Assembly (NCBI GenBank): GCA_964525565.1
Contig: CAZGHI010000007.1
Coordinates: 2,904-52,270 of the forward strand
DNA: 49,367 bases
DNA from: an uncultured Hyphomicrobiales bacterium
GTDB taxonomy: Bacteria; Bacteroidota; Ignavibacteria; Kapaibacteriales; Kapaibacteriaceae
Direction of reading: 5' to 3'
Shown: positions 1 through 9,793 of the stretch, in pieces
How the letters are laid out: each line of letters starts with the position of its first letter
How positions within the stretch are numbered: the stretch's first letter is position 1
The notes under the pieces: model-generated
What the model saw: only the letters and a program-made list of their open reading frames with translations
Database searches by the model: none
Told to the model about the DNA's origin: nothing
Translations under genes and position numbers: made by a program

Positions 1-132
1 TTATGGCAGTTCGACGAAGAGTGTAACGTAACCGTACGGATCGGTGTGTATATCGCGGCAGCGTTCCTCGATCCGAATGCGGAATTTGCTTTATTCGATA
101 CGTCGGACCTTAGACTTGTCTGTTGGAAGTAA
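1..132 (+). CDS. 3' end of an unidentified CDS entering from the left edge
   Basis: Frame 1 is open from nt 1 to TAA at 130-132 (43 codons, ...AEFALFDTSDLRLVCWK*). I can name no motif. The product is unknown because only the tail is present. Confidence 0.3.
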   Translation, partial: LWQFDEECNVTVRIGVYIAAAFLDPNAEFALFDTSDLRLVCWK

Positions 133-172
133 TCGTGATTAATCCTGTTCACAATTGTAATCACCACCCGCA

Positions 173-553
173 ATGATCATAGGCATCGGAACAGACATTG
201 TTGATGTACCTCGCATTCAACACTCATATCAGGAATATGGAAGCCGTTTTCTGAATCGGATTTATACTGAAACAGAAATTGAATATTGCGAACACTTTGG
301 AGAAACGCGGTTCTTGCATTACGCAGCACGATTTGCTGCGAAAGAGGCATTCAGCAAAGCCATTGGAACGGGCATGCGTAACGGTATGGCATTCAAGCTC
401 GTTGGCATACGTAACGACCCGTCAGGAATGCCCCGCATTGAATTATTCGGCCCAATGAAAGAACAGTGGGAACACTGCATTATACATGTAACGCTTAGCC
501 ATACGTTGGCAGTTGGACTGGCAGTAGTTGTAATTGAACGCCCTAACCTCTAA
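173..553 (+). CDS. acpS: holo-[acyl-carrier-protein] synthase (4'-phosphopantetheinyl transferase)
   Basis: 126 aa. The N-terminal MIIGIGTDIVDVPRI motif and the size are typical of AcpS. ATG start, TAA stop. Confidence 0.93.
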   Translation: MIIGIGTDIVDVPRIQHSYQEYGSRFLNRIYTETEIEYCEHFGETRFLHYAARFAAKEAFSKAIGTGMRNGMAFKLVGIRNDPSGMPRIELFGPMKEQWEHCIIHVTLSHTLAVGLAVVVIERPNL

Positions 554-575
554 CCCTCAATGCATTGGTGACTTC

Positions 576-1739
576 ATGCTTCCGTCTATCTATCGTCCGT
601 CGCAGGTTTTTACGTTGGGTATTCTTGGCGGAGGCCAGCTTGCCAAGATGACTGCACAGGCGGCGCAGCGCATGGGGCTGCGAATAGCTGTAATTGAGAA
701 CGGCGAAGAATCACCTGCTGGCCAGATTACAAAACTGGATTTTCCGGGAGGTTGGGATTCGCCGAATCAGTTGCAGGGTTTTGTTGATGTTAGCGACATC
801 ATCACACTTGAGAATGAATTCATAGCCCCTTCGATACTCGAGCGCATCGGCGAGCAGCGGCTTGTATATCCAACGGCAGCAACCATGTCTCTGGTGCAGG
901 ACAAGCTCCGGCAGAAACAAACCTTTTCGGCTGTTGGGATTCCTACGCCACACTTTGCTGAAATCACCACCAAGCAAGATCTCTTTGACTTTGGAGATCG
1001 GTTCGGTTATCCCTTTGTTGCTAAAACCCGAACGCATGGTTACGACGGATATGGTAATGCCACCATACAACGCGATACGGAGATAGACATGGTATGGCGC
1101 AGATTCATGGAAGGTGAACAGCCGCGTCCGCTTCTTGCCGAAAGCTTCGTAACCTTTTCGAAGGAACTGGCAGTGATGGTGGCTCGCAACAAACGAGGCG
1201 AAAGTGTTGTGTATCCTTGTGTTCAAACCATACAACAGGGGCACATTTGTGTAACCGTACTGGCTCCTGCTCCCATCGACGAGGTGCTGCACGTTCGCGC
1301 ACAGGAATTAGCGTTGCTATGCGTGGAATCAATACAGGGTATCGGGGTGTTTGGTGTGGAGATGTTTCTAACCACAGACAACGAGATTGTATTTAATGAG
1401 ATTGCGCCACGGCCCCACAACAGCGGTCACTACACCATTGAGGCATGTTATGCAAGCCAGTTTGAAAACCATGTACGAGCAGTTACCAACATGCCGCTAG
1501 GCAGTGCCGAAATGCGTGTGCCGGCTGCGGCAATGATTAATCTACTTGGAGAACGCACAGGCAGTGGAATCCCGGACAGCGTAGTTGAAATGCTTAAGGT
1601 TAACGACGTGGCGCTGCATCTGTACGGAAAAAAAGATGTGCGCATGGGAAGAAAAATGGGTCACCTAACCGCAACCGGAAACACCGTAAACGAAGCCTTT
1701 GCCAAAGCCAACCGTGCACTTGAACGGTTTGTGTGGTAG
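576..1739 (+). CDS. purK: N5-carboxyaminoimidazole ribonucleotide synthase (ATP-grasp)
   Basis: N-terminal GILGGGQLAKM nucleotide-binding loop, an ATP-grasp core, and C-terminal GRKMGHLT. The ORF is open from 534, but the ATG at 576 (MLPSIYRPSQVFTLGILGGGQ) avoids overlapping acpS. Confidence 0.9.
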   Translation: MLPSIYRPSQVFTLGILGGGQLAKMTAQAAQRMGLRIAVIENGEESPAGQITKLDFPGGWDSPNQLQGFVDVSDIITLENEFIAPSILERIGEQRLVYPTAATMSLVQDKLRQKQTFSAVGIPTPHFAEITTKQDLFDFGDRFGYPFVAKTRTHGYDGYGNATIQRDTEIDMVWRRFMEGEQPRPLLAESFVTFSKELAVMVARNKRGESVVYPCVQTIQQGHICVTVLAPAPIDEVLHVRAQELALLCVESIQGIGVFGVEMFLTTDNEIVFNEIAPRPHNSGHYTIEACYASQFENHVRAVTNMPLGSAEMRVPAAAMINLLGERTGSGIPDSVVEMLKVNDVALHLYGKKDVRMGRKMGHLTATGNTVNEAFAKANRALERFVW

Positions 1740-1742
1740 GTT

Positions 1743-3020
1743 CTACCGTCTGTTAACTCGTGTGGTGAGAACAACGCCAAACACAAAGAAAACGATGTTT
1801 CCCATCCACATAGCGAGCAAGGGATCCACGTGACCACGGTCGGCAAGTTTTTCACCACCCATGAGTGCCATCCAATACGCCACATAGCATAGCAGCGAGA
1901 TGGCAGCAGAGAGACCGAAGTTTCCGCCTCTGGTTAGAATTCCGAGTGGACATCCAACGAGCACGAATAGGAAGCAGGCAAACGGTATCGCATACTTTTT
2001 ATGAATTTCTACCGAGTATCTGTTTACTGTTTCTTGTTCTGCCCACCAGCGATTACATTCTCCCTCTATGGTCATACGTGTTGTGCTAACAAATGCCGCA
2101 GCTCTCATCAGGGATTCCGAGCGCGAGGTATGCTCACTGATTTCGGGCGTAACATTCACCAACTGTGCATCCCACAACGAATCCAGTTTACTTCGTGCAA
2201 CGGCAATGGCGCTGTCGGAACGGCGAACAATGTCTGCCATATCGCTTATACGCATTTCGCGCTCGCCGCGCGATGAGCCGCTCACATCAGACCGTTCCAG
2301 GAAGAATCGTTCGGCAGGCATCGCCATTTGATGATGTGAAAACTGTACAATACGGTAGTCTGTGGGTTTGTTTGGAAAGCTCTGGTGAACTTCGCCATTG
2401 TAAAGGTCTAACACGAGTTTGGTAAGAGATGGCGAAAACTGAAGCTTGCCGGTGTCGGCGCTAACAACGTTCAATCTGTCGCCTCGTGAATAATCGTAGA
2501 TAGTTACGCCTAGCATCGTGCCGCTGGTATCCATACCACGCGCCAGGATGGTAAAGCCATCGATTTCTGTGCTGTACTTACCGGCCTCGATAGCAAAGGT
2601 TGGCTTCAGTCGTTGAATGTCGCGCATCATTATGCTCAGCCTATGGTTCGAGTCGGGAAGAACCCAATCGGTAAACCAAAAAGTAAAAAACCATAGAATG
2701 CTGCCAAACACAAGAACGGGAACCATCATCTTTAACAGCCCCATACCACTTGCCTTCATCACCGTTACCTCGTGAGTGCTGCTCAGCGAACCAAAGGCCA
2801 TGAGAGTTGAAAACAGAACGCCGATGGGAACAGCAAGAACAAGAATCCAGGCAATGTTCAATACAACGAACTCAAGTATGGTTGCTGCGTCGAGTCCCTT
2901 ACTTGTAAGGTCACCCAGGAAGCGCATCAGAAACTGTGTAAGGAACAGAAATACAATGAGCGTTGTTCCAAATACAAAGGGTCCTACATGGGCCTTAACG
3001 ATATACTTCCAGAGTATCAT
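1743..3020 (-). CDS. LptF/LptG (YjgP/YjgQ) family LPS export permease
   Basis: 425 aa. Three N-terminal TM helices (ILWKYIVKAHVGPFVFGTTLIVFLF...), a large soluble loop, then three C-terminal TM helices. This is the layout of the YjgP/YjgQ family. Confidence 0.82.
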   Translation of the reverse strand: MILWKYIVKAHVGPFVFGTTLIVFLFLTQFLMRFLGDLTSKGLDAATILEFVVLNIAWILVLAVPIGVLFSTLMAFGSLSSTHEVTVMKASGMGLLKMMVPVLVFGSILWFFTFWFTDWVLPDSNHRLSIMMRDIQRLKPTFAIEAGKYSTEIDGFTILARGMDTSGTMLGVTIYDYSRGDRLNVVSADTGKLQFSPSLTKLVLDLYNGEVHQSFPNKPTDYRIVQFSHHQMAMPAERFFLERSDVSGSSRGEREMRISDMADIVRRSDSAIAVARSKLDSLWDAQLVNVTPEISEHTSRSESLMRAAAFVSTTRMTIEGECNRWWAEQETVNRYSVEIHKKYAIPFACFLFVLVGCPLGILTRGGNFGLSAAISLLCYVAYWMALMGGEKLADRGHVDPLLAMWMGNIVFFVFGVVLTTRVNRR

Positions 3021-3030
3021 ACAACTGGCG

Positions 3031-3984
3031 CTACTGATCAGGCCCCTTATCGCCCAATTTTTTTTGACACTCAGCGATGTACAACCGCAAACGTTCTTCT
3101 TGCTCTGGATTCTTGGGTGTAATTGCTTTCAGCATCACTAGTGCGAGCGCAAAGTTTCCCTGTTTCATGTGTATTGTGGCAAGTGTTTCCGTGTACACTG
3201 TTGATGCCGGTTGTGGTTCCGGCGCGGATACTGCCGTTTGCGGAGCATCGGTTGGCTCCATACGAACCTTACTGATGCGCATGGCAAGTTTTTCAAGGGA
3301 AGCAGGAGACTTGTTGCCCGGCGTACCGGGCTTGGGAGCATGGAATGTGCGGAACTCCGGAGGTTCAGGAAGGACGTGTATTGAGCGTCCACCGCGCCGT
3401 GTAGCAGCTTCAAATCGAAGCGATGTGTACTCAAGACCCGGGATGAGTCGCATGGCCGTACTGCGAATCAGGCGCGCATCAGTAGCAGGCGGAGCCAATT
3501 CAATCATGCGAAGCGGATAAGAGTCGTGCTGACGTTCCACGAGCTGGTCTTCTGTTGCCGATGGCACTTCACTATGGACGTAGTCAGACTCAGGTAGCGG
3601 CTCCAACGTGACGGTGGATTGCTGTTCGGGTATCTCCAAAGGCATAGGCTCGGGAGATGGTAACGGCGGGGTTATCTGCAAAGCCGCTTCCGTTTCAGCC
3701 GTTGTTATAGCGAGAAGCATATCGGCAACAACCAAACGGTTAGGGAAACGCCGGTCTGCTTCAGAAAGGATGATGCGTGCCGAATCGGTATAACCTAGCT
3801 TAAGGTAACTGTTGGCAAGCACAATGTAGCCGCCGATGTAGCTTGGATAACAACGTACACCTTCGGAAGCAAGTTCTAAGGCTTGCTCGCACAAATCAGC
3901 CTGGAGCTGTTCGAGAACAGTACCGGCAAACGTGGGGGCCACCGATGGAGCGGTAAGCATGGTGGCATTACCTCGTTCGTTCAA
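3031..3984 (-). CDS. TPR-like repeat protein with a proline-rich central linker
   Basis: 317 aa. TPR-like helical pairs at both ends (YIVLANSYLKLGYTDSARIIL; IHMKQGNFALALVMLKAI) flank a Pro/Glu-rich middle. The start is either TTG at 3984 (TTGA overlap with the upstream stop) or ATG at 3960. Confidence 0.6.
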   Translation of the reverse strand: MNERGNATMLTAPSVAPTFAGTVLEQLQADLCEQALELASEGVRCYPSYIGGYIVLANSYLKLGYTDSARIILSEADRRFPNRLVVADMLLAITTAETEAALQITPPLPSPEPMPLEIPEQQSTVTLEPLPESDYVHSEVPSATEDQLVERQHDSYPLRMIELAPPATDARLIRSTAMRLIPGLEYTSLRFEAATRRGGRSIHVLPEPPEFRTFHAPKPGTPGNKSPASLEKLAMRISKVRMEPTDAPQTAVSAPEPQPASTVYTETLATIHMKQGNFALALVMLKAITPKNPEQEERLRLYIAECQKKLGDKGPDQ

Positions 3985-4694
3985 CGGCGATCGCCGAATA
4001 AACGAAGCAACATAAGGAACAGGTTGATGAAGTTGAGATACAGCGACAAGGCACCAACGATGGCACGTTTCGAAGCAAGTGCATCACCCGAATACATGAC
4101 AATGGCTTGTTCCTTGATTCGCTGCATGTCGTAAGCAGTAAGTCCGGTAAAAATCAGAACTCCCAATACGCTAAATGCCCAGGTGAGTGCCGGACTTTGC
4201 AAAAACCAGTTCACCGCCATCGTAATGAGCAGTCCAATCAAACCCATGAACAAGAAGGAACCAAATCCTGACAGGTCGCGCTTTGTAGTGTAACCATACA
4301 CAGCAGCAGCAGCATACATACCTGCAGCAATGAAGAACACCTGAAAAACACTGCCGAGTTCATAAACGAGAAAGATGCTCGAAAACGCCAGCCCATTAAC
4401 AATGGAATACGCTATAAACAAGCCGGCAGCAGTGCTTGGCTTCATGCTATCAACACGAGAAGCCAAAACCCACACCATAATCAGTGGAGAAAAGAGTATA
4501 ACCCACTGCAGCGGCGTTCCGAAGATGGCTTCAAGAATAGCTGGTGTACTTGCAACAATCCAGCTTGTGAGGGCAGTAGTTAACAATCCTCCAACCATCC
4601 ACGCATATACACGCTGTACGTACGTGCGTAGAGAGTCGGCATCTACAGCAGATGCGAATTGGCGGTTTACGGTGCTGAAGGTACTCATCAACAA
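3981..4694 (-). CDS. BAX inhibitor-1/YccA family membrane protein
   Basis: 237 aa with seven predicted TM helices. The short soluble N-terminus and the basic C-terminal tail (LFLMLLRLFGDRR) are typical of the BI-1/YccA family. Confidence 0.85.
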   Translation of the reverse strand: MLMSTFSTVNRQFASAVDADSLRTYVQRVYAWMVGGLLTTALTSWIVASTPAILEAIFGTPLQWVILFSPLIMVWVLASRVDSMKPSTAAGLFIAYSIVNGLAFSSIFLVYELGSVFQVFFIAAGMYAAAAVYGYTTKRDLSGFGSFLFMGLIGLLITMAVNWFLQSPALTWAFSVLGVLIFTGLTAYDMQRIKEQAIVMYSGDALASKRAIVGALSLYLNFINLFLMLLRLFGDRR

Positions 4695-4706
4695 ATCTCC
4701 TTGGAA

Positions 4707-5690
4707 TCACGATGGACGTTCCACAACAAACTTAGCAAACTCAATTAACGCTGTTTTGTATGTGGAAGGTGGAAACACGTCTAATAGACGAACAGCGGCC
4801 TCTTGTAATTGATGTGCCTTCTCCTGAGCTCGCTCCACACCCCTGTAGGTGTTTACAAATCGCATTATAGACAGTATTTCCTTCGAGTTTGGTTTCCTTG
4901 ATTTTACCGTTTTTATGGCTGACTTTGACTCCGACGGTGGTGCAGACTCGCATGCGTAAATCAACGGTAGCGTAATCTTTTGTTCCGAAAGATCGTTGCC
5001 CACCGGTTTGCCCAAGATGGCACTCCTGCTGGTGTAGTCCAAAACATCGTCCCGAATTTGAAATGCCAGTCCAATCAACTCACCAAACTCACGTAAGGCA
5101 GCACAGTGTTCGGGTTGTGCATGTGCACTAATGGCCCCAATCTCACAACACGTAGATATCAGCGACGCTGTTTTGTCCGAGATTATCCGAAAGTAGGTGG
5201 CTTCGTCAATCGAACGTTGCCGACTTTTCTGAATCTGAAGAAGCTCTCCTTCACTCATTCGCCGAACAGCCTCGGATGTTACGCGCAAGAAATCGTATTC
5301 GTTGTTATGGACGGCCATCAGTAAGCCACGCGACAAAAGGTAATCGCCGATCAATACGGCAATCTTATTCTTCCACACTGCGTTGATGCTGGCCATTCCC
5401 CTACGCTCCATACTCTGGTCCACAACATCATCATGTACCAACGTTGCCGTATGAAGCAGCTCCACCATGGCAGCGCCAACCATAGAGCGCTGGTTAATAG
5501 CACCGGCTACGCCGGCAGAAAGAAAGACCAATGCCGGTCGTGCACGTTTTCCCCGCTGACGCAAAATGTAGCGAATAACCGTATCAAGCAGAGCTGTTTG
5601 CGACTTTAGCTGACTGCGCATAAACGAGTCGAGTTTTTCCAGCTCTGGCGCAACCGGCTCGCTAATCTCTTTAATTGTGCCAACAGGCAT
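4707..5690 (-). CDS. polyprenyl diphosphate synthase (trans-isoprenyl diphosphate synthase family)
   Basis: 327 aa. Both aspartate-rich motifs are present: LVHDDVVD (FARM) and FQIRDDVLD (SARM). Product chain length cannot be read from sequence. Confidence 0.9.
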   Translation of the reverse strand: MPVGTIKEISEPVAPELEKLDSFMRSQLKSQTALLDTVIRYILRQRGKRARPALVFLSAGVAGAINQRSMVGAAMVELLHTATLVHDDVVDQSMERRGMASINAVWKNKIAVLIGDYLLSRGLLMAVHNNEYDFLRVTSEAVRRMSEGELLQIQKSRQRSIDEATYFRIISDKTASLISTCCEIGAISAHAQPEHCAALREFGELIGLAFQIRDDVLDYTSRSAILGKPVGNDLSEQKITLPLIYACESAPPSESKSAIKTVKSRKPNSKEILSIMRFVNTYRGVERAQEKAHQLQEAAVRLLDVFPPSTYKTALIEFAKFVVERPS

Positions 5691-6442
5691 TACGTAGCCT
5701 CGCTTTCACGCTTGCGGAAATTGAAACGAGCGATAAAAACGCTGATCTCGTACAAGATGTACAACGGAATAGCTACCATCAATTGCGTAATAGGGTCTGG
5801 TGTGGGTGTGATGATTGCAGCAACAATAAGTATTCCTACAATGGCATGCCTCCGGTATTTGACCATCAGTTTGTCAGAAAGCAGTCCAACCCTAGAAAGA
5901 ACCCACGTAACCATGGGCAGTTCAAAAATGAGACCGGATGCAAGCATCATATTAACGAAAAACGAAAAGTAGTAGCTGGTGGCTATGTTGTCGTTAATGT
6001 TCGGATTCCTTACTACACCAATGTAGTCCATCATTCCCGGTATGAGATAGAAGTATCCAAAGGCAATACCCGCAAGGAAGCAAAACGTTGTAAGCCCTGT
6101 TACCCAACGAGCCCACTTGCGCTCGTGAGCATACAAACCCGGCGAAACAAACCCCCATACTTGCCATGCGATAAACGGAAATGCAAGAACAATGCCCGAG
6201 AAAAAGATAATCTTAAACAAGAGAAAGGCTTGTCCAAACGGTTCCAGATTCTGCAGCGTTAGGCCAGCACGCACAGCCGGACCAAGGAGCACCTCGTTCA
6301 TTATCCAGTCGCGGAAGTAAGCCGCTACCGCTGTTCCAGCTATCGTCCACGCCAATGCCTTGAATATCCGCGACCGAAGTTCCTCAAGGTGGTCGAGGAA
6401 ACTCATCTCATCGTTGGCTTCCGCTTCCGAGGTTTCACTCAT
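5690..6442 (-). CDS. tatC: twin-arginine translocase subunit TatC
   Basis: MSETSEAEANDEMSFLDHLEELRSRIFKAL... followed by six TM helices. I place the start at the internal ATG at 6442; the 60 upstream codons of the ORF look non-coding. The stop overlaps the next gene's start as TAATG. Confidence 0.88.
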   Translation of the reverse strand: MSETSEAEANDEMSFLDHLEELRSRIFKALAWTIAGTAVAAYFRDWIMNEVLLGPAVRAGLTLQNLEPFGQAFLLFKIIFFSGIVLAFPFIAWQVWGFVSPGLYAHERKWARWVTGLTTFCFLAGIAFGYFYLIPGMMDYIGVVRNPNINDNIATSYYFSFFVNMMLASGLIFELPMVTWVLSRVGLLSDKLMVKYRRHAIVGILIVAAIITPTPDPITQLMVAIPLYILYEISVFIARFNFRKRESEAT

Positions 6443-6711
6443 AGTTTGTAATGCGAAGATACGGTGATCTTCATTCGCGAAACGATAAAAACAACGGGCA
6501 TCAGCAATGCACAAATCACCAAGTACTATTGCTTGGAGTACGTTATCGCATTCCTCAAAAATCCAAGAAAAAAATCTGCACACCAACCAACTATTTTGTT
6601 TGGAGCAGAGGTACTGTATCATTCAAATTTGCACCCCGCAAAATCTACTGTACGCATGAACACTGATGTGAGTAGTACGAAGAAAAACTTTTGAGAAGGA
6701 GGAATGCTTGG

Positions 6712-8217
6712 GTGGAAAAATCTGATACGTTAAACTTGTTCTCTTCAACTTCTGTGGCCGTTCAAACTCCGGCAGCACAATCAATGGCACGTACCGCACA
6801 GAGCGGCGGATCTTCGGATGCCGAGACCCTTTGGGCTCGGTGCCTGGACATCATTCGCGACAACGTGTCGGAGCAGGTTTACATTACCTGGTTCGAACAG
6901 ATGCGCCCAAGCAGTTGGGATGGTATAACGCTAACGATTGATCTGCCAAGCAACTTCTTTTATGAGTGGCTCGAAGAACACTATGCACAGCTCATCCAGA
7001 AAACAATACAAAAGGTGTTGGGAGGAAAGGCAAAGCTTCGCTATCGCGTTGTTGTTGAAGGGGGCTCAGACGAACCATCGAATACCATCATCTTGCCGGC
7101 AGGCCGTGGTCCACAGCAACCTTCGCTTCCGTTCGATACGCCAAAAACACCGTCAGCAACAGTAGCGGTTCCAAGTACTCCGGCAGTCCACTACCAATCG
7201 TACTTTAATCCACGACACACATTCGAAAATTTTATCCGTGGAGAAAGCAATCAACTGGCTATCTCTGCTGCAATGGCTGTTGCCGATAACCCCGGCGGCA
7301 CTCGGTTTAATCCTCTCGTTATCTATGGTCCAACAGGGCTAGGGAAAACACACCTTGTACAAGCAATCGGAAACCGTGTTTTGCAACGGAACCGATCGGC
7401 AAGAGTGCTCTACACAAACAGCGAAAAGTTCACGATGGAGTATATCAATGCCATCCAGACAAACCGTGTGTCGGACTTTACATCGTTTTATCGTGGCGTT
7501 GATGTTTTGATTGTTGACGACATTCAATTCCTGGGTGGCAAAGAAACACAGGACCAGTTTTTCCATACGTTTAATGCACTACTGTCTGTTGGCAAGCAAG
7601 TTGTGCTTACCTCGGACAAGCAACCAAAGGACCTTGCAGATGTAGATGAACGCTTGATTTCGCGGTTTGTATGGGGGCTGTCGGCCGACATTCAACCACC
7701 GGATTTCGAAACACGCATGGCTATCCTCCAGCAGAAGGCTCAGGAAGAAGGCGTAGATCTGCCAGGCGATATAATGGAATACATAGCGCGTAACGTTACC
7801 AGCAGTGTTCGCGAAATCGAAGGTTGCCTGATCTCTATCCTAGCCAAGGTTTCCCTCGACAACCGTCCGCTAAACCTCGATCTGGTTAAAGATGTTGTTC
7901 GAAGCGTTACCACCTCGCCAGCCTCCCGTCAGATTAGCATCGAACAGATCCGACAGGAAGTAGCGGCATACTATAAACTGCCGGTTGAAATGCTCTCTGC
8001 TAAAACGCGAAAGCATGAGATTGTTCTTGCCAGACAGATGTGCATGTACTTGGTGAAGACGTTAACGCAAACATCCTTGAAGAGTATAGGTCTGCACTTT
8101 GGCGGACGCGACCACACCACAGTTCTTCATAGCTGCCAGCAAATCGCAAACTATATTGACACGGATCGTAAAATCCGTCAGGATGTGGAGTATCTGAAAA
8201 AAGCACTCCGCGCCTAA
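6712..8217 (+). CDS. dnaA: chromosomal replication initiator protein DnaA
   Basis: Walker A GPTGLGKTHL, Walker B LIVDDIQFL, and a C-terminal DNA-binding domain with GGRDHTTVLH. The ORF is open from TTG at 6691. GTG at 6712 lies 9 nt after AAGGAGG (6696-6702). ATG at 6784 is an alternative start. Confidence 0.93.
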   Translation: MEKSDTLNLFSSTSVAVQTPAAQSMARTAQSGGSSDAETLWARCLDIIRDNVSEQVYITWFEQMRPSSWDGITLTIDLPSNFFYEWLEEHYAQLIQKTIQKVLGGKAKLRYRVVVEGGSDEPSNTIILPAGRGPQQPSLPFDTPKTPSATVAVPSTPAVHYQSYFNPRHTFENFIRGESNQLAISAAMAVADNPGGTRFNPLVIYGPTGLGKTHLVQAIGNRVLQRNRSARVLYTNSEKFTMEYINAIQTNRVSDFTSFYRGVDVLIVDDIQFLGGKETQDQFFHTFNALLSVGKQVVLTSDKQPKDLADVDERLISRFVWGLSADIQPPDFETRMAILQQKAQEEGVDLPGDIMEYIARNVTSSVREIEGCLISILAKVSLDNRPLNLDLVKDVVRSVTTSPASRQISIEQIRQEVAAYYKLPVEMLSAKTRKHEIVLARQMCMYLVKTLTQTSLKSIGLHFGGRDHTTVLHSCQQIANYIDTDRKIRQDVEYLKKALRA

Positions 8218-8254
8218 GGTGTATAGTGTACCGCGTGCATTGTTGCGGTGTGTT

Positions 8255-8662
8255 CTACATCCCAGCAAGCATCAAGAATCGTGCATACTCTTCCTGCGTA
8301 AGCGGAACAACACTTAGCCGTCCGATACGCACCAGGAGTGAGTTGCAGAGAATATCATCAGCCTTAATGCTGTCAAGCGATACAGGCTTTTTCAATGCTT
8401 TTCCAGCTTTCAGGTCAACACATACCCAGGCGTCGTTATCTGCGGTTGGGTCAGGATATGCCTCTTTGACCACCGTTGCTAATCCAACGGCACACCGCTC
8501 ATCACCGGTGTGATAGACGATTGCTGTATCCCCTTTTTTCATGGATTGCAGGTGGTTTCGTGCTGCATAGTTGCGTACGCCGTCCCACGCAGTTGTTTTC
8601 TCTGCAGTAAGCTGTTCAAATGAATACACATCAGGCTCGGTTTTCACTAACCAGTATTGCAT
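8255..8662 (-). CDS. EVE (PUA-like) domain protein
   Basis: 135 aa. MQYWLVKTEPDVYSFEQL...WDGVRNYAARNHLQSMKKGD...YHTG...RLSVVPLT matches the characteristic EVE-domain pattern. Confidence 0.85.
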   Translation of the reverse strand: MQYWLVKTEPDVYSFEQLTAEKTTAWDGVRNYAARNHLQSMKKGDTAIVYHTGDERCAVGLATVVKEAYPDPTADNDAWVCVDLKAGKALKKPVSLDSIKADDILCNSLLVRIGRLSVVPLTQEEYARFLMLAGM

Positions 8663-8671
8663 GCTTCTATC

Positions 8672-9040
8672 CTACTTAACGTGAACAATCACTCGGAACG
8701 TGCTGGGAGAGTGCGGCCCCGTATGCCGAATGGTGTAATCCAGATAGTTTACGCTATCGGTAAAATGCTTAGCGTTAATTGCCAAATAGATTTTGCCCGC
8801 GAGGGTGTCGTATGCAATCGGACGTTGCACAGAAGCGGTAGCACAGCGGCACGATCCTTCGATGCCAGTAACCTGAATGGTATCACCGGTAATGCTGGTA
8901 AAGTGAATCATCGCCTGAACGTATCCTGTGCTGTCGCGATGTACATCAAGCACCGGCGGGAAGAACAATACATCGTTATGAGCAGTACCGGCGCTGCTTA
9001 TGCCAATCAAAAGAAACGAAGCGATTATGTAATACATCAT
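8672..9040 (-). CDS. small secreted DUF1573-like (Ig-fold) protein
   Basis: 122 aa. N-terminal hydrophobic signal (MMYYIIASFLLIGISSAG), then a beta-rich domain with GSCRCAT where DUF1573 proteins carry their Cys-containing motif. Confidence 0.55.
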   Translation of the reverse strand: MMYYIIASFLLIGISSAGTAHNDVLFFPPVLDVHRDSTGYVQAMIHFTSITGDTIQVTGIEGSCRCATASVQRPIAYDTLAGKIYLAINAKHFTDSVNYLDYTIRHTGPHSPSTFRVIVHVK

Positions 9041-9058
9041 ACGTTTTCGCGTGGAACC

Positions 9059-9793
9059 CTACCTTTCAGCAAGCTGCATGAAAATGTCGGTGAAATCATA
9101 AAAACCCTTGCGATGATGAATCCATCGTGCTGCCCGCAAAGCGCCAGACGCAAAGCCTGACCTGTTTCGTGCATCATGTGTAAGGTCTATCCTGTCGAAT
9201 TCACCATCTATCGTTATGGTATGCCTTCCAGCAATATTGCCACCACGTGTAGATGTAACATGAAGTAACTGTGAGTCAATGGCCCCGTGTTGTGTTTCGG
9301 TGATTAGTCCGGTTTTCCGTTCAACCTCGTCTAAGAGAATAGTTCCCAGAGTGAGGGCCGTTCCACTGGGACTATCTTTCTTCCGTGCATGATGCCATTC
9401 GTGAATCATAACATCGTATTCCGGTTGGGCATTCAGTAACACACCGGCCGCGCGTGCCAACCGAAAGAACATTTGCATACCAACCGAAAAATTCGAACCA
9501 AATACGCAACCAATGTTGCTCTGCTGAACCACCGATCGAACGTGTTCAAACTGCGAATTCCAACCGGTGGTGCCAATCACAAGCCCCTTTCCCATCTCTG
9601 CTATAATTTCTACGGTATGTGGCACAGCCTCGGCAACCGTAAAGTCTATAGCAACGTCCCATTGGTTATTTCCGCTCGAGGTGAGCGGCGCATCCACGTC
9701 GTACACGGCAACCACCTCGCATGCATGAGTTGGTGCCAGGCGTTCGATTTCCTTTCCCATGGACCCGTATCCGACCAGAGCAATTCTTGTCAT
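9059..9793 (-). CDS. dapB: 4-hydroxy-tetrahydrodipicolinate reductase
   Basis: MTRIALVGYGSMGKE NAD(P)-binding N-terminus and the EWHHARKKDSPSGTA signature. The start at 9793 gives an ATGA overlap with the upstream stop. The longer ORF to 9859 would overlap that gene by 70 nt. Confidence 0.9.
   Translation of the reverse strand: MTRIALVGYGSMGKEIERLAPTHACEVVAVYDVDAPLTSSGNNQWDVAIDFTVAEAVPHTVEIIAEMGKGLVIGTTGWNSQFEHVRSVVQQSNIGCVFGSNFSVGMQMFFRLARAAGVLLNAQPEYDVMIHEWHHARKKDSPSGTALTLGTILLDEVERKTGLITETQHGAIDSQLLHVTSTRGGNIAGRHTITIDGEFDRIDLTHDARNRSGFASGALRAARWIHHRKGFYDFTDIFMQLAER

Noticed and set aside
135-164. Inverted repeat GTGATTA-N16-TAATCAC just upstream of acpS
   Set aside because: The stem is only 7 bp with a long 16-nt spacer and no U tract. 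It could be a weak terminator or operator, but that cannot be supported from sequence alone.
711-1292. 193-aa minus-strand ORF inside purK, and the many other 60-170-aa ORFs in the track (for example 3077-3520, 4375-4812, 5675-6262, 8657-9160, 23774-24307, 32107-32613)
   Set aside because: All lie wholly within, or antisense to, genes with clear family motifs. None has recognisable motifs or independent start-site support.
6443-6622. 60-codon N-terminal extension of the tatC ORF (MIQYLCSKQNSWLVCRFF...)
   Set aside because: The extension is Cys/Phe-rich and unlike TatC. The conserved TatC N-terminus (FLDHLEELR) follows shortly after the internal ATG at 6442, so the extension is treated as non-coding.
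6443-6711. Possible oriC in the tatC-dnaA intergenic region
   Set aside because: I looked for TTATCCACA-type DnaA boxes on both strands. I found only 9-mers with two or more mismatches (for example atctgcaca, caatgcaca) and a modest A-rich patch, with no clustered boxes or clear DUE. The origin may lie elsewhere. A computed GC-skew and DnaA-box scan would be needed.
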